This document shows, one piece after another, positions 18,569 through 28,499 of a DNA stretch of 64,000 nucleotides; the first letter of the stretch is position 1; each line of letters opens with the position of its first letter. Under the pieces are notes generated by a model. It saw only the letters and a list, made by a program, of their open reading frames with translations, was not told where the DNA came from and searched no databases. The stretch spans positions 7,701 to 71,700 of the forward strand of contig JBMNTT010000007.1 of the NCBI GenBank assembly GCA_050945875.1, written 5' to 3'. This DNA is from Christensenellales bacterium (GTDB lineage: Bacteria > Bacillota > Clostridia > Christensenellales > JBMNTT01). The translations under genes were made by a program, and so were the position numbers.

Positions 18569-19431
18569 CACGCCTCCCACCTTCCGCTGGCCCCGCAGGG
18601 CAGCACCAGGGCGCTGTCCTTGACGGGCAGGCCCACCTCGTCGGCCTGCACATGGCCGCCCTTGGCCCGGGCCGCCGTCATCTGCAGCAGGTTCTGCAGC
18701 ACCGCGGGCTGCAGGCCGGTGGTGTAGCTGTTGATGAGCATGAACAGGGGCTGGTCGCTGAGCAGCTGGCAGCACAGCTCCACCAGGGGGTGGAGGGAGG
18801 ACTCGATCTTCCACATCTCCCCTGAAGGCCCCCGGCCGTAGCTGGGCGGGTCCATCAGGATGCCCTCGTACTGTCGGCCCCGGCGGATCTCCCGCTGCAC
18901 GAACTTGACGCAGTCGTCCACGATGTAGCGCACGGGCTTATCCGCCAGGCCGCTCACAGCCAGGTTCTCCTTGGCCTGGGCGACCATGTTCTTGGCCGCG
19001 TCCACATGGCAGACCTGGGCCCCGGCCGCGGCGCAGGCTGCGGTGGCCCCGCCGGTGTAGGCAAACAGGTTGAGCACCCGCGCGCCCGGCCGGGCGCGCA
19101 GCAGCCCGGCCATCCAGTCCCAGTTGGCGGCCTGCTCGGGGAACAGGCCGGTGTGCTTGAAGCCCATGGGCTTGATCTGGAAGGTCAGCTCCAGCGGTTC
19201 ATAGCGCACCTGCCACTGCTCAGGCAGCTTGCGGTGCAGCTCCCAGGCGCCGCCGCCGGTCTTGCTGCGCCGGTAGGTCGCGTGGGCCCCGCCCCACAGC
19301 TCGGGGTGGCGCGCCGGCCAGATCACCTGGGGGTCGGGCCGACGCAGCAGGTAATTCCCCCAGCGCTCCAGCTTCTCCCCGTCGCCCATGTCCAGCACTT
19401 CAAAATCCTTCCATGCCTTGGCGATATACAT
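18568..19431 (-). CDS. Class I SAM-dependent methyltransferase, RlmI/YwbD-like (probably rRNA)
   Basis: 287 aa. Motif I VLNLFAYTGGATAACAAAGA; motif IV ILMDPPSYG. Confidence 0.7.
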   Translation of the reverse strand: MYIAKAWKDFEVLDMGDGEKLERWGNYLLRRPDPQVIWPARHPELWGGAHATYRRSKTGGGAWELHRKLPEQWQVRYEPLELTFQIKPMGFKHTGLFPEQAANWDWMAGLLRARPGARVLNLFAYTGGATAACAAAGAQVCHVDAAKNMVAQAKENLAVSGLADKPVRYIVDDCVKFVQREIRRGRQYEGILMDPPSYGRGPSGEMWKIESSLHPLVELCCQLLSDQPLFMLINSYTTGLQPAVLQNLLQMTAARAKGGHVQADEVGLPVKDSALVLPCGASGRWEA

Positions 19432-19440
19432 GTCGTCTCC

Positions 19441-22400
19441 TTACACCCGGGCGACGCCCAGGGTGGCCTCGTGTCCGTTGATGTTCCAGCTTTTGCGGCT
19501 CTCGCCGCCCTCGCCCAGGATCAGCGCCACCGCCAAGGTGTCGCCGCACAGGTCCCGCTCATGGGCCTGGGCGACCTGGGTGAGCGCCTCGTCGGCGGCC
19601 AGGTAGATGCGGATGCGGTCGGTGACCTCAAAGCCCGCGTCCTTGCGCATGGTCTGCACCTTGCTGACCAGCTCGCGCACCAGGCCCTCGCGCACCAGCT
19701 CCTCGGTCAGGTTGGTGTCGATGACCACGGTGTAATCGGCGTTGCCCTCGGAGATAAAGCCGGGCTTTTGGGTCTTGGTGGAGAGCACGTCGCTCTGGGA
19801 GAGGACCACCTCGGTATCCTCAACCATCAGGCGCAGCTGCTCGCCCCGGGCGAAGACGTCCATGACCGCGTTGCCGTCGGCCGCGGCCAGGGCCTGGCCG
19901 ATCTTGCCCAGCAGCTTGCCGTAGCGGGGGCCGAGGGAGCGCATCTGGGGCTTTAAGGCGTAGGTGGTGAAGGCGCGGGTGTCGTCCACCTGGACCACGG
20001 TCTTGACGTTGATCTCGTCGGCGATCAGGGCCTTGAGCTCCCCGGTCAGGGGCTCGGCGCCCTGCACGTACAGGGTGGACAGGGGCTGACGGTTCTTGAT
20101 GCCCGCGGTGGCCCGGGCGCTGCGCGCCAGGTTGACGATGTTCATCGCCGCGTCCATGCCCGCCTCCAGCTCCCGGTCGATCAGGCGCGCGTCGCTGACG
20201 GGATAGTCGCACAGGTGCACGCTGATGGGGGCGTCGGGATCCAGCCCGGCCACCAGGTTGCGGTACATGCTCTCGGCCATGAAGGGCACGAAGGGAGCCG
20301 TCAGCTTGGCCAGGGTGACCAGGGCGGTGTACAGGGTCATGTACGCGTTCTGCTTGTCCTGGGTCATCTCCCCGCCCCAGTAGCGCGCGCGGCCCAGGCG
20401 CACATACCAGTTGCTCAGCATGTCGGTGAAATCGGTCACCGCGCGGGCGGCCTCGGTGATGTGGTAGGCGGCCAGCTGTTCGTCCACGTAGGAGACCAGG
20501 GAGTTGAGCCGGCTGAGCAGGTAGCGGTCCATCTGGCCCAGCTGATCGACCTGGAGGGTGTGCTCCAGGGGGTTGAACTGGTCGATCTCGGCGTAGAGCA
20601 CGTAGAAGGCGTAGGTGTTCCACAGGGTGCCCATGAACCGGCGCTGGGCGTCGGCCACCGCGTCCTCGTAGAAGCGGCTGGGCAGCCAGGGTGCGCTGGA
20701 GGTGTAGAAATACCAGCGCACCGCGTCGGCCCCCTGTTTGTCCAGCACGGTCCAGGGGTCCACGACGTTGCCCTTGTGCTTGCTCATCTTCAGGCCGTCC
20801 TTGTCGTTGACATGGCCCAGCACGATGCAGTTTTTGAAGGCCGCCTCGTCAAAGAGTAGGGTGGAGATGGCGATCAGGGTGTAGAACCAGCCGCGGGTTT
20901 GGTCGATGGCCTCGCTGATGAAGTCCGCGGGGTAGCGCACCTGCTCGAAGTATTCCTTGTTCTCAAAGGGGTAGTGCAGCTGGGCGAAGGGCATGGAGCC
21001 CGAGTCGAACCAGCAGTCGATGACCTCGCTGACCCGGGTCATCAGCCCGCCGCACTCCGGGCAGGTCAGGTGCACCCGGTCGATGTAGGGCTTGTGCAGC
21101 TCGATCTCATCGGGGCAGTCGGGGCTCATGGCCTTGAGCTCGGCGATGGAGCCGATGGTGTGGGTGTGGCCGCAGGCGCACTCCCATACCGGCAGCGGCG
21201 TGCCCCAGTAGCGCTCCCGGGACAGGCCCCAGTCGATGACGTTCTCCAAAAAGTTGCCCATCCGGCCTTCCTTAATGTTCTCGGGCAGCCAGTTGATGGA
21301 GCGGTTGTTGGCCAGCAGCTTGTCGCGCACCGCGGTCATGCGGATGAACCAGGTGCTGCGGGCGTAGTAGAGCAGGGGGGTGTCGCAGCGCCAGCAGAAG
21401 GGGTAGCTGTGGGTGAACGCCATGGCCTTGAACAGCAGGCCGCGCTCCTTAAGGTCGGCGATGATGTCCGCGTCGGCGTCCTTGACGAACTTGCCGGCCA
21501 CCAGGGTGGCCTCGGGCACGAAGCAGCCCTGCTCGTTGACCATCTGCACGAAGGGCAGGTCGTTCTCCCGGCCCACCCGGGCGTCGTCCTCGCCGAAGGC
21601 CGGGGCGATGTGCACCACGCCGCTGCCGTCGGTCAGGGTGACGTAGCCGTCGGCCACGACGAAATGGGCCTTCTTCTCGGGCTGAGCCCAGGTGTAGAGC
21701 GGCTGGTATTCCAGGCCGCAGAGCTCCCGGCCCTTGAGGCGGCGGGTGATCTGCGCGCCCTCGCCCAGGCAGGCGGGCGCCAGGGCCTCGGCCAGGATGT
21801 AGGTGCGCCCGTCCTCGCCCACGGCGTAGCAGTAGGTCTCCTCGGGGTTGACGCACAGGGCGACGTTGCTGGGCAGGGTCCAGGGCGTGGTGGTCCAGGC
21901 CAGTAGGAAGGTGTTCTCCTCGCCCTTGACCGCGAAGCGCACGAACACCGAGGTCTCGGTGACGTCCTTATAGCCCTGGGCCACCTCGTGGCTGGACAGG
22001 GCGGTGCCGCAGCGGGGGCAGTAGGGCACGACCTTGTGGCCCTTGTAGAGCAGGCCCTTGTCGCTGATCTGCTTGAGCGCCCACCAGACCGACTCGATGT
22101 AATCGTTGTGGTAGGTGACGTAGGGGTGCTCCATGTCCATCCAGAAGCCCACCCGGTCGCTCATCTTCTCCCACTCGTGCTGATATTTCCACACGCTCTG
22201 CTTGCACTTCTGGATGAAGGGTTCCACGCCGTAGGCCTCGATCTGGGGCTTGCCGTCCAGGCCCAGGAGCTTCTCCACCTCCAGCTCCACGGGCAGGCCG
22301 TGGGTGTCCCAGCCAGCCTTGCGGGGCACATGGTAGCCCTTCATGGTGTAGTAGCGGGGCATCAGGTCCTTCATGACCCGGGTGAGCACATGGCCGATGT

Positions 22401-22563
22401 GGGGCTTGCCGTTGGCGGTGGGCGGGCCGTCGAAGAGCACATACTCCGGGCCGCCCTCGCGGGCCTGGACGCTCTTTTTGAACACGTCGTTCTTCTGCCA
22501 GAAGTCCAGCACCTCCAGCTCCCGGGGGACGAAGTTCATATCCGTGGATACCTTCTGATACAT
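19441..22563 (-). CDS. ileS: Isoleucine--tRNA ligase (type 2)
   Basis: 1040 aa. HIGH motif PHIGHVL, KMSKS motif KMSKHKGN, editing-domain length. AAGGAGGAAG SD. Preceded by a T-box leader. Confidence 0.97.
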   Translation of the reverse strand: MYQKVSTDMNFVPRELEVLDFWQKNDVFKKSVQAREGGPEYVLFDGPPTANGKPHIGHVLTRVMKDLMPRYYTMKGYHVPRKAGWDTHGLPVELEVEKLLGLDGKPQIEAYGVEPFIQKCKQSVWKYQHEWEKMSDRVGFWMDMEHPYVTYHNDYIESVWWALKQISDKGLLYKGHKVVPYCPRCGTALSSHEVAQGYKDVTETSVFVRFAVKGEENTFLLAWTTTPWTLPSNVALCVNPEETYCYAVGEDGRTYILAEALAPACLGEGAQITRRLKGRELCGLEYQPLYTWAQPEKKAHFVVADGYVTLTDGSGVVHIAPAFGEDDARVGRENDLPFVQMVNEQGCFVPEATLVAGKFVKDADADIIADLKERGLLFKAMAFTHSYPFCWRCDTPLLYYARSTWFIRMTAVRDKLLANNRSINWLPENIKEGRMGNFLENVIDWGLSRERYWGTPLPVWECACGHTHTIGSIAELKAMSPDCPDEIELHKPYIDRVHLTCPECGGLMTRVSEVIDCWFDSGSMPFAQLHYPFENKEYFEQVRYPADFISEAIDQTRGWFYTLIAISTLLFDEAAFKNCIVLGHVNDKDGLKMSKHKGNVVDPWTVLDKQGADAVRWYFYTSSAPWLPSRFYEDAVADAQRRFMGTLWNTYAFYVLYAEIDQFNPLEHTLQVDQLGQMDRYLLSRLNSLVSYVDEQLAAYHITEAARAVTDFTDMLSNWYVRLGRARYWGGEMTQDKQNAYMTLYTALVTLAKLTAPFVPFMAESMYRNLVAGLDPDAPISVHLCDYPVSDARLIDRELEAGMDAAMNIVNLARSARATAGIKNRQPLSTLYVQGAEPLTGELKALIADEINVKTVVQVDDTRAFTTYALKPQMRSLGPRYGKLLGKIGQALAAADGNAVMDVFARGEQLRLMVEDTEVVLSQSDVLSTKTQKPGFISEGNADYTVVIDTNLTEELVREGLVRELVSKVQTMRKDAGFEVTDRIRIYLAADEALTQVAQAHERDLCGDTLAVALILGEGGESRKSWNINGHEATLGVARV

Positions 22564-22589
22564 CGTTCTTCCTCCTTGTCCGTCTATCC

Positions 22590-22863
22590 AAAAAAGAAAA
22601 CCCCCTCATCCTCATAGGACGAAAGGGGGCCTTTCGCGGTACCACCTATGTTGGCATTTGCATGCCCAACTCGTATCCGCACGCGCCGAGAGCGGCAGGT
22701 GCTTTCCCGGTAACGGGGGAAAACCGGCGCCAACCTACTGAGCCGAAGCTGTTGGGCGGCCCACTCGGGGGGGATGCAGGTGTCCTGGGCGGCAGCCGGG
22801 CTCACACCCTCCCCGGCTCGCTGGGCGGCACGCTTTCGGTCTGACGGGCCCCGTCATCGTGTT
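22590..22863 (-). promoter_or_regulatory. T-box riboswitch leader controlling ileS
   Basis: Minus strand carries the T-box core AGGTGGTACCGCG (plus-strand coordinates 22635-22647). Directly downstream is a terminator, CCCCCT...AGGGGG plus TTTTCTTTTTT (22591-22629). Stem-I-like elements AGCGAG and GGTGTGA are present. The only AUC (Ile) candidate specifier is at 22773-22775, though it is followed by C rather than the usual purine. Confidence 0.85.
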
Positions 22864-22869
22864 TCGTAT

Positions 22870-22898
22870 ATTCTACGCCATTTTCACAAAAAAGTAAA
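22870..22898 (-). promoter_or_regulatory. Promoter of the ileS T-box leader
   Basis: Minus strand TTTACT, 17-nt spacer, TAGAAT. Confidence 0.5.
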
Positions 22899-23139
22899 CC
22901 TCCCCGCTGGCAAAAGCGGGCTTTTTTTGTTAAAATGCCGCCCGCTTCGCCCCGGGCGCGCCCCCGGTCAGGCCCCGCCGCGCAAAATTTCGTCCATTCC
23001 CCTGAAAAAAATGGTTTTTCCGCGGGGAATTTAACTTTCCCCTAACAAAAGCCCCCTATAATGTAAAGCGTATGTGAAAAAGTAAGGAAGAAACGGCGTG
23101 AAGCTGCGCCGCTGGCGCAGCCAGGAAAGGAAGAATCCG

Positions 23140-24747
23140 ATGCAACTGACCGACGCTTTGCTGCTCATGGGCGGGTTGGCCCTGTTCCTCTACGGCATGC
23201 ACATCATGGGCGAGGGCCTGGAGGTGGCCGCGGGCTCCAAGCTCAAGGGCCTGCTGGAGAAGCTAACCAAGAACCGCTTTTTGGGGATGCTGGTGGGCCT
23301 GGTGATCACCGCGGTGATCCAGAGTTCCTCGGCCACCACGGTGATGGTGGTGGGCTTTGTCAACGCCGGGCTGATGAACCTGGCCCAGGCCATCGGCGTG
23401 ATCATGGGCGCCAATATCGGCACCACGGCCACGGGCCTGCTCATCGCGCTGGATATCGGTATGCTGGCCCCGGCTCTGGCGCTGATCGGCGTCGGCCTGG
23501 TGCTCTTTAGCAAAAAACAGAAGGTCAAGGCCATTGGCCAGGTCATCGCCGGGCTGGGCATCCTGTTCATCGGCATGGGCAACATGAGCGACGCCATGAA
23601 GCCCCTGCGTGATGTGCCCGCCTTCCAGCAGATGATGACCTCCTTTAGCAACCCGATCATCGGCATCGCGGTGGGCGCGCTGTTCACGGCCGTGATCCAG
23701 AGCTCCTCTGCGGCCATCGGCATCCTGCAGGCCCTGGCCTTCCAGGGGCTGATCGGGCTGGACTCGGCGGTGTTCGTGCTCTTTGGCATGAACATCGGCA
23801 CCTGCATCACCTCGATCCTCTCCTCCATCGGCACCAACCGCAACGCCCGGCGCACCGCCCTGGTGCACCTGCTCTTTAACATCATCGGCACGGCGATCTT
23901 TGTGGCGCTCTCGACGCTGCTGCCGTTCACCGATTGGGTCAAGGCCCTGGCGCGGGACAACCCCAAGGCCCAGATCGCCCTGGCCCACACGATCTTCAAC
24001 GTTGTGACCACCCTGCTGCTGTTGCCCGCGGGGACCTTGCTGGCCAAGATCGCCACCAAGCTCATCCCGGGGGAGGATCGGGTGCCCGAACAGCCCAAGC
24101 TGCAGTTCATCGACGATCGCATCTTCGGCGCTTCCTCGATGGGCATCCTGCAGCTGACCCAGGAGGTCGACCGCATGGAGCGCCTGGCCCGGGAAAACCT
24201 GCAGTCGGCCATGGAGTCCTTCGTCAACAAGGATGACAAGCGCCTGGCCATCATCGCCGAGAATGAGGAGGTGCTCGACTACCTCAACAAGGAGATCACC
24301 AAGTACCTGGTCAAGATCAACGCCATGGAGCTGGACCTGAAGGAGGCCAAGATGGTCAGCGCGCTGTTCCACGTCACCAGCGACCTGGAGCGCATCGGCG
24401 ACCACGCCCAGAACATCGCCGATTACACCCGGGGCCGCCTGGAGGGAAACGTGCACTTCTCCCAGGACGCCATCGCCGAGCTGACCGATCTGTCCACCAA
24501 GGTGTTCCAGATTGTGGACGACGCCTATGTGCTCTTCCACGACAAGGGCGAGGCGCACCTGGAGCAGATCGAGGCCCAGGAGGCGGTCATCGACGCGCTG
24601 ACCGAGCAGTACCAGGCCCATCACATCGAGCGGCTGCGCGCCAACCGTTGCACGCCCGAGACCGGGCTGATCTTCGTGGAGATCCTCACCGACCTGGAGC
24701 GCGTGGCCGACCACGCCACCAACATCGCCGAGGCCCTGAGCAAGTGA
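23140..24747 (+). CDS. Na/Pi cotransporter family protein with C-terminal PhoU-like domains
   Basis: ORF 23098-24747. Preferred ATG is 23140 (MQLTDALLLMGGLALFLYGMHIMGEGL). Duplicated VIQSSSA(T/A) motifs; C-terminal DLERIGDHAQNIA and DLERVADHATNIA PhoU repeats. Confidence 0.85.
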   Translation: MQLTDALLLMGGLALFLYGMHIMGEGLEVAAGSKLKGLLEKLTKNRFLGMLVGLVITAVIQSSSATTVMVVGFVNAGLMNLAQAIGVIMGANIGTTATGLLIALDIGMLAPALALIGVGLVLFSKKQKVKAIGQVIAGLGILFIGMGNMSDAMKPLRDVPAFQQMMTSFSNPIIGIAVGALFTAVIQSSSAAIGILQALAFQGLIGLDSAVFVLFGMNIGTCITSILSSIGTNRNARRTALVHLLFNIIGTAIFVALSTLLPFTDWVKALARDNPKAQIALAHTIFNVVTTLLLLPAGTLLAKIATKLIPGEDRVPEQPKLQFIDDRIFGASSMGILQLTQEVDRMERLARENLQSAMESFVNKDDKRLAIIAENEEVLDYLNKEITKYLVKINAMELDLKEAKMVSALFHVTSDLERIGDHAQNIADYTRGRLEGNVHFSQDAIAELTDLSTKVFQIVDDAYVLFHDKGEAHLEQIEAQEAVIDALTEQYQAHHIERLRANRCTPETGLIFVEILTDLERVADHATNIAEALSK

Positions 24748-24775
24748 TCCTGGGCGCGCCGCGCCGATGGAGAGG

Positions 24776-24810
24776 GAAGGACCGCCCGATCGGGCGGTCC
24801 TTCTCTTGTG
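24776..24810 (+). terminator. Rho-independent terminator after the Na/Pi transporter gene
   Basis: GAAGGACCGCCCGATCGGGCGGTCCTTC hairpin followed by a T-rich TCTTGTGTG. Confidence 0.7.
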
Positions 24811-24914
24811 TGTCGCCGCTGGCCGCGGCCGGTGGATGGCGAGCAGCCGCGGCGGGCTGGAACCGACGGACCGCATCCGTCCGGCCGCTGGCGGCGGGCA
24901 GGGCCGCCGCGCTC

Positions 24915-25514
24915 TTACCGCAGCGGCTTTCTCATGACCCGCTTGCGGTTGGTCTCATGGTACACCTCGAAGCCCTGCCGCAGGTACATCTGGGCGTATC
25001 CCACGAAGTCCTCAGCATTGTCCGTGACCTCCCGATCGGGATACGCCTCCACAAAGTCGAACCCCTCCTGGGCGGCGTCCTGGCACACCCGGGCCAACAG
25101 CTCGGTCGCGACGCCCTGCCGCCGGGCTTTCGGGGCGATGGTGAAGCAGAAGACCGACTTGACCCGAACCTGCGGTGTGGCTTCCTCGGTGGGGATGAAG
25201 CCCTTGCGCTTGCCGTTCATCATCTGCCAGCCCTTGCACTTCAGGCACGCGGACTTGGCGTTGGCGTTGCACCAGCCGACGACCTCATCCCCTCGGTAGG
25301 CCAGATAGCCCTGGATGCGGCCGTCCTTCACGGCCTGGATGGCATAGTCCCGCCGGGCGGCTTTGGTGCTGAAGTTCGCCTCCTCGTCGACGCCGCTGCA
25401 CCAATAGACGCAGTAGCATTTGGCCCCGTTGTATCGATGGTTGTGGGGCGTGACGTCGAAAAAGCCGATATAGTCCTCCACAAGCTCGGGGGTGAGTTTG
25501 CGAATGTCGATCAT
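24915..25514 (-). CDS. GNAT family N-acetyltransferase
   Basis: 199 aa. Acetyl-CoA motif [11 protein letters not shown]. Its start overlaps the upstream gene's stop. Confidence 0.7.
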   Translation of the reverse strand: MIDIRKLTPELVEDYIGFFDVTPHNHRYNGAKCYCVYWCSGVDEEANFSTKAARRDYAIQAVKDGRIQGYLAYRGDEVVGWCNANAKSACLKCKGWQMMNGKRKGFIPTEEATPQVRVKSVFCFTIAPKARRQGVATELLARVCQDAAQEGFDFVEAYPDREVTDNAEDFVGYAQMYLRQGFEVYHETNRKRVMRKPLR

Positions 25515-26359
25515 GGAAGGGTCCCTCCCTTTTCGGGCGACGACGCTGCGGACTCGGGGCGCTGGAAGGCGGCGGCGTAGCGGGGATCAGCCCCGCGCAC
25601 CCGGTCGCCGAAGGGTTCCCGAAGCGCCTGGAAGGCGGCCAGCACCCCCTCGGGGATGTCCACGTGGGCGATGAAATCCTTGCCCCTGGGTCCGTAGCCC
25701 GCCGCGTCGTCGCGCAGGCGGGGAATCTCCCCCATCAGCAGGGTGAGGTAGCGCTCGATGTCCCACATGCCCCAGGGCGTCGGCCCGTCGTAGGCCAGGC
25801 CCTCGGGCCCGGCGACCACCCGCACCCGCCAGGCGGCGTAGTTGATCAGCTCGAGCTGCGGGGCGTACTTGCGAAAGCCCGCGTCCATGCGCCGCTGCAT
25901 GGTGCCGTCCTGCACGATGAGCACCCGGCGGGGCGGGGGCGTCATCCGCGCCATCTGCTCCAGGGCCAGGGTGACGTTGTTGCCGCAGTTGGTGGAGTTG
26001 CGCTCCAGGGGCAGGTCGGTCAGCCCCCAGCGCTTTTCCAGGTACGCGGCCATGACCTCGCTCTCCCTGCGCCCGGCGGTGTCGATCTGCGGGCAGGCGG
26101 CGTGCACCGCCTCGCGCAGGGCGGCAGTGGTGTGCCCCTCGCCGCCCACCAGCATCAGGCGGCGGGCGATCCCGTCCCGGTAGGCCTGGGCGACCAGGTC
26201 CATGCCCGCGGGGATGCACGCGCCAAAGAGGATCATCAGGTCGGCCCGCTCCCAGCCCGCCCGCGCCCGCAGCGCCTGAGCCGTCAGGGCGGGCAGGTCC
26301 CGCAGGGCGCAGAAGTCCCCCAGGCGGTTGATGCAGTCGGCTATGCGCGCTTGATCCAT
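25511..26359 (-). CDS. YdcF/ElyC/SanA (DUF218) family protein
   Basis: 282 aa. [12 protein letters not shown] ... [13 protein letters not shown] matches the DUF218 core pattern as I recall it. Confidence 0.55.
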   Translation of the reverse strand: MDQARIADCINRLGDFCALRDLPALTAQALRARAGWERADLMILFGACIPAGMDLVAQAYRDGIARRLMLVGGEGHTTAALREAVHAACPQIDTAGRRESEVMAAYLEKRWGLTDLPLERNSTNCGNNVTLALEQMARMTPPPRRVLIVQDGTMQRRMDAGFRKYAPQLELINYAAWRVRVVAGPEGLAYDGPTPWGMWDIERYLTLLMGEIPRLRDDAAGYGPRGKDFIAHVDIPEGVLAAFQALREPFGDRVRGADPRYAAAFQRPESAASSPEKGGTLP

Positions 26360-26362
26360 GGC

Positions 26363-27340
26363 TCAGCCCTCGTCCGCCGGGAAGCGGATGCCCGTCCGCT
26401 CGCGGATGGCGTCGATGGCGGCCATGGTGTCCAGGCTCTTGCGCAGGTCCTCCTCGGGGAAGACGCCCTGCTGGGCGTACTGCATGAAGCGGGTGATCTC
26501 ATAGCGCATGTTGTGGGGCACCGGCTGGTTGAACACCATCTCGCTGCGCCCGTCGCGGTAGCGGATCTCGACCCGCTCGGGGTTCTGGATGGGGTCGATG
26601 AGCATGTTGCCGTCCTCGCCCTGGATCTCGCTGGGGATGGCGGAGTTGGTGATCTTGGAGTAGGCGATCTCCCCCTGCATGCCCGGGTAGTGGAAGATCA
26701 GGCTGCCCGCGCCGTCGGCGCCGTTTGACAGCTTGACCACGTCGGCCTGCATCCACTGGGGCGGGCCGAACAGGGAGACCATCGCGTGGATGACGTACAC
26801 GCCGATATCCATGATCGCCCCGTTGGATAATTCGGGCTTGAAGGCGTTCTCGATAACGCCCTTCTTGAAGTTATCATACCGGCCGGAGTACTGGCAGAAG
26901 CGCAGGGTGGCCCGGCGCAGGGTGCCCAGCTTGGCCAGATTGTCCCGCACCGCCGCGAACCCCGGGGTGTACTCGCTGCGCATGGCCTCCAGCAGAACCA
27001 CATGGTGTTCCCGAGCGGCGGCGATCATGGCCTTGAGCTCCCGCTCGTTGGAGCAGACCGGCTTCTCGCACAGCACATGCTTGCCCGCCCGCAGCATCTG
27101 GATGGACTGGGCGGCATGGCAGTAGGTGGGGCTGGCCACGTACACCGCATCCACCGCCGGGTCCGCCGCCAGGGCGTCCAGGTCGGTATAGCGCGCCGGG
27201 ATGTTCCGCTTGTCGCCGTACTCCCGGGCCCGCGCCTGGGTGCGCGAGTAGAGGGCGTAGGGCTCAAAGCCCGGGCAGAGCGCGCCCGCGTCGAGCATCC
27301 AGTCGGAGATATAATTGCTGCCGATGATGGCGAATTTCAT
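26363..27340 (-). CDS. Gfo/Idh/MocA family oxidoreductase
   Basis: 325 aa. MKFAIIGSNYIS Rossmann N-terminus and LCEKPV motif. Confidence 0.85.
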   Translation of the reverse strand: MKFAIIGSNYISDWMLDAGALCPGFEPYALYSRTQARAREYGDKRNIPARYTDLDALAADPAVDAVYVASPTYCHAAQSIQMLRAGKHVLCEKPVCSNERELKAMIAAAREHHVVLLEAMRSEYTPGFAAVRDNLAKLGTLRRATLRFCQYSGRYDNFKKGVIENAFKPELSNGAIMDIGVYVIHAMVSLFGPPQWMQADVVKLSNGADGAGSLIFHYPGMQGEIAYSKITNSAIPSEIQGEDGNMLIDPIQNPERVEIRYRDGRSEMVFNQPVPHNMRYEITRFMQYAQQGVFPEEDLRKSLDTMAAIDAIRERTGIRFPADEG

Positions 27341-27352
27341 GCCGCCGCCCCC

Positions 27353-28414
27353 TCAGTCCAGCCCCGCCGGCAGCAGCTCCCGCAGGGCGGGCGCCAGGCG
27401 GCAGGCGTTTTGATAGTAGATTTTCTTGAGCGCCTCGTCGGGCAGGGAGACGCCGTAGATGTTCCAGCGGCCCTGGCCGTACGTCGGGGCGTAGGGGAAG
27501 TACTCGTCGTCGGTCTCCAGGAAGCGGAAGTAGTAGGGGTAGGGCTCCCCGCCGGACATGATGTTGTCGGTGCCAAAGAGGATGCGGTCGGCGTAGTCGA
27601 TCAGGAAGCGGCGCGCCGCATAGGGCCGGCGGCCCAGCTCGGAGATGCGCGCGGCGATGTCCACATAGAGGTTGGGGTAGGTGTCCAGCAGCCGGCGCAC
27701 ATAGTCCAGGTCCTCGCTGGCCGAGGCCACGTGGGCGATGACGAAGGTGGTGTGGGGGTTGGCGGCGAGCATGCGCTCCTGCACCCGCAGCAGGTGCCGA
27801 TAGCCCTCGGGGCCGTGCTGAACGAAGGACCAGCCGGGATGGCTGCTCAGCTCCTCATAGCGCTCGTTGCTGCCGTCCAGCGGGTCGAAGAAGGCCGCCG
27901 GGTCGGCCACGTGGATGGTCACGGGCATGCCCAGGGACCCCGCCGCCTCGAACATCGGGCGGTAGCGGGGATCGTCGGGCTCAACCAAACGGCCCTGGCG
28001 GTCGCGGTAGGAGAGGCCGAACTGCTTGTAGAACTTCAGGCCCCGGCTGCCCATCTGGTAGGCGTCCACCACCTGGGCCACCGAGCGGGCGGCGAAGTCC
28101 GGCGCGTCCACCGCCTCCACATCCACGCTGGAGAAGTGCAAAAAGGTGTCCGGCGCGTCGCAGGTCAGCTTCAGGGTATCGGCGTAGGCCTGGTCCCAGG
28201 CCCCGGTTTTGCCGCCGTTGGCGGCGCTCATGGCCAGGTTGACGCCGGCCAGGACGCCCGCGGCGCGCATACCCGCGGCCAGCTCCGCCATGCTCATTTG
28301 GCCGGGCAGCAGGTGCATGTGGTAGTCCACCACCGGAAACTTGGCCCGGGGCCGGGGATGCTCCGGGGCGACCAGATGGCTGACCGGATGATAGTCTTTC
28401 AGCAGCAGATCCAT
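27353..28414 (-). CDS. Amidohydrolase family protein (amidohydrolase_2-like metal hydrolase)
   Basis: ORF 27353-28633 trimmed to ATG 28412-28414 (MDLLLKDYHP...), because the upstream 73 codons overlap the feoB 3' end and its terminator. VDYHMHL metal motif, HVADP, FGTDN. Own promoter (TGgTATACT on the minus strand, about 28448-28456). Confidence 0.65.
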   Translation of the reverse strand: MDLLLKDYHPVSHLVAPEHPRPRAKFPVVDYHMHLLPGQMSMAELAAGMRAAGVLAGVNLAMSAANGGKTGAWDQAYADTLKLTCDAPDTFLHFSSVDVEAVDAPDFAARSVAQVVDAYQMGSRGLKFYKQFGLSYRDRQGRLVEPDDPRYRPMFEAAGSLGMPVTIHVADPAAFFDPLDGSNERYEELSSHPGWSFVQHGPEGYRHLLRVQERMLAANPHTTFVIAHVASASEDLDYVRRLLDTYPNLYVDIAARISELGRRPYAARRFLIDYADRILFGTDNIMSGGEPYPYYFRFLETDDEYFPYAPTYGQGRWNIYGVSLPDEALKKIYYQNACRLAPALRELLPAGLD

Positions 28415-28472
28415 GGGGAGCCCTCGCTTTCTGCAATTGATGCTGACCAAAGTATACCACAGCCCGGAACGC

Positions 28473-28499
28473 AAAAAAAGAGCCGGTTCACACCGGCTC
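28473..28499 (-). terminator. Rho-independent terminator overlapping the feoB stop codon
   Basis: Minus strand GAGCCGGTGTGAACCGGCTC followed by TTTTTTT. Confidence 0.8.

Noticed and set aside
22903-22928. Plus-strand hairpin CCCGCT-GGCAAA-AGCGGG followed by T7, just upstream of the ileS promoter
   Set aside because: It looks like a terminator, but the stem is only 6 bp and no plus-strand gene or promoter upstream would need it. The region upstream is antisense to the T-box leader. It is possibly an insulator against read-through or antisense transcription; that is not enough to call a feature.
23103-23121. Stable hairpin GCTGCGCC-GCT-GGCGCAGC in the 5' region of the Na/Pi transporter gene
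   Set aside because: There is no following T-tract and no match to a riboswitch class that I recognise. It also lies inside the alternative upstream ORF start (23098). It is probably just a 5' UTR structure.
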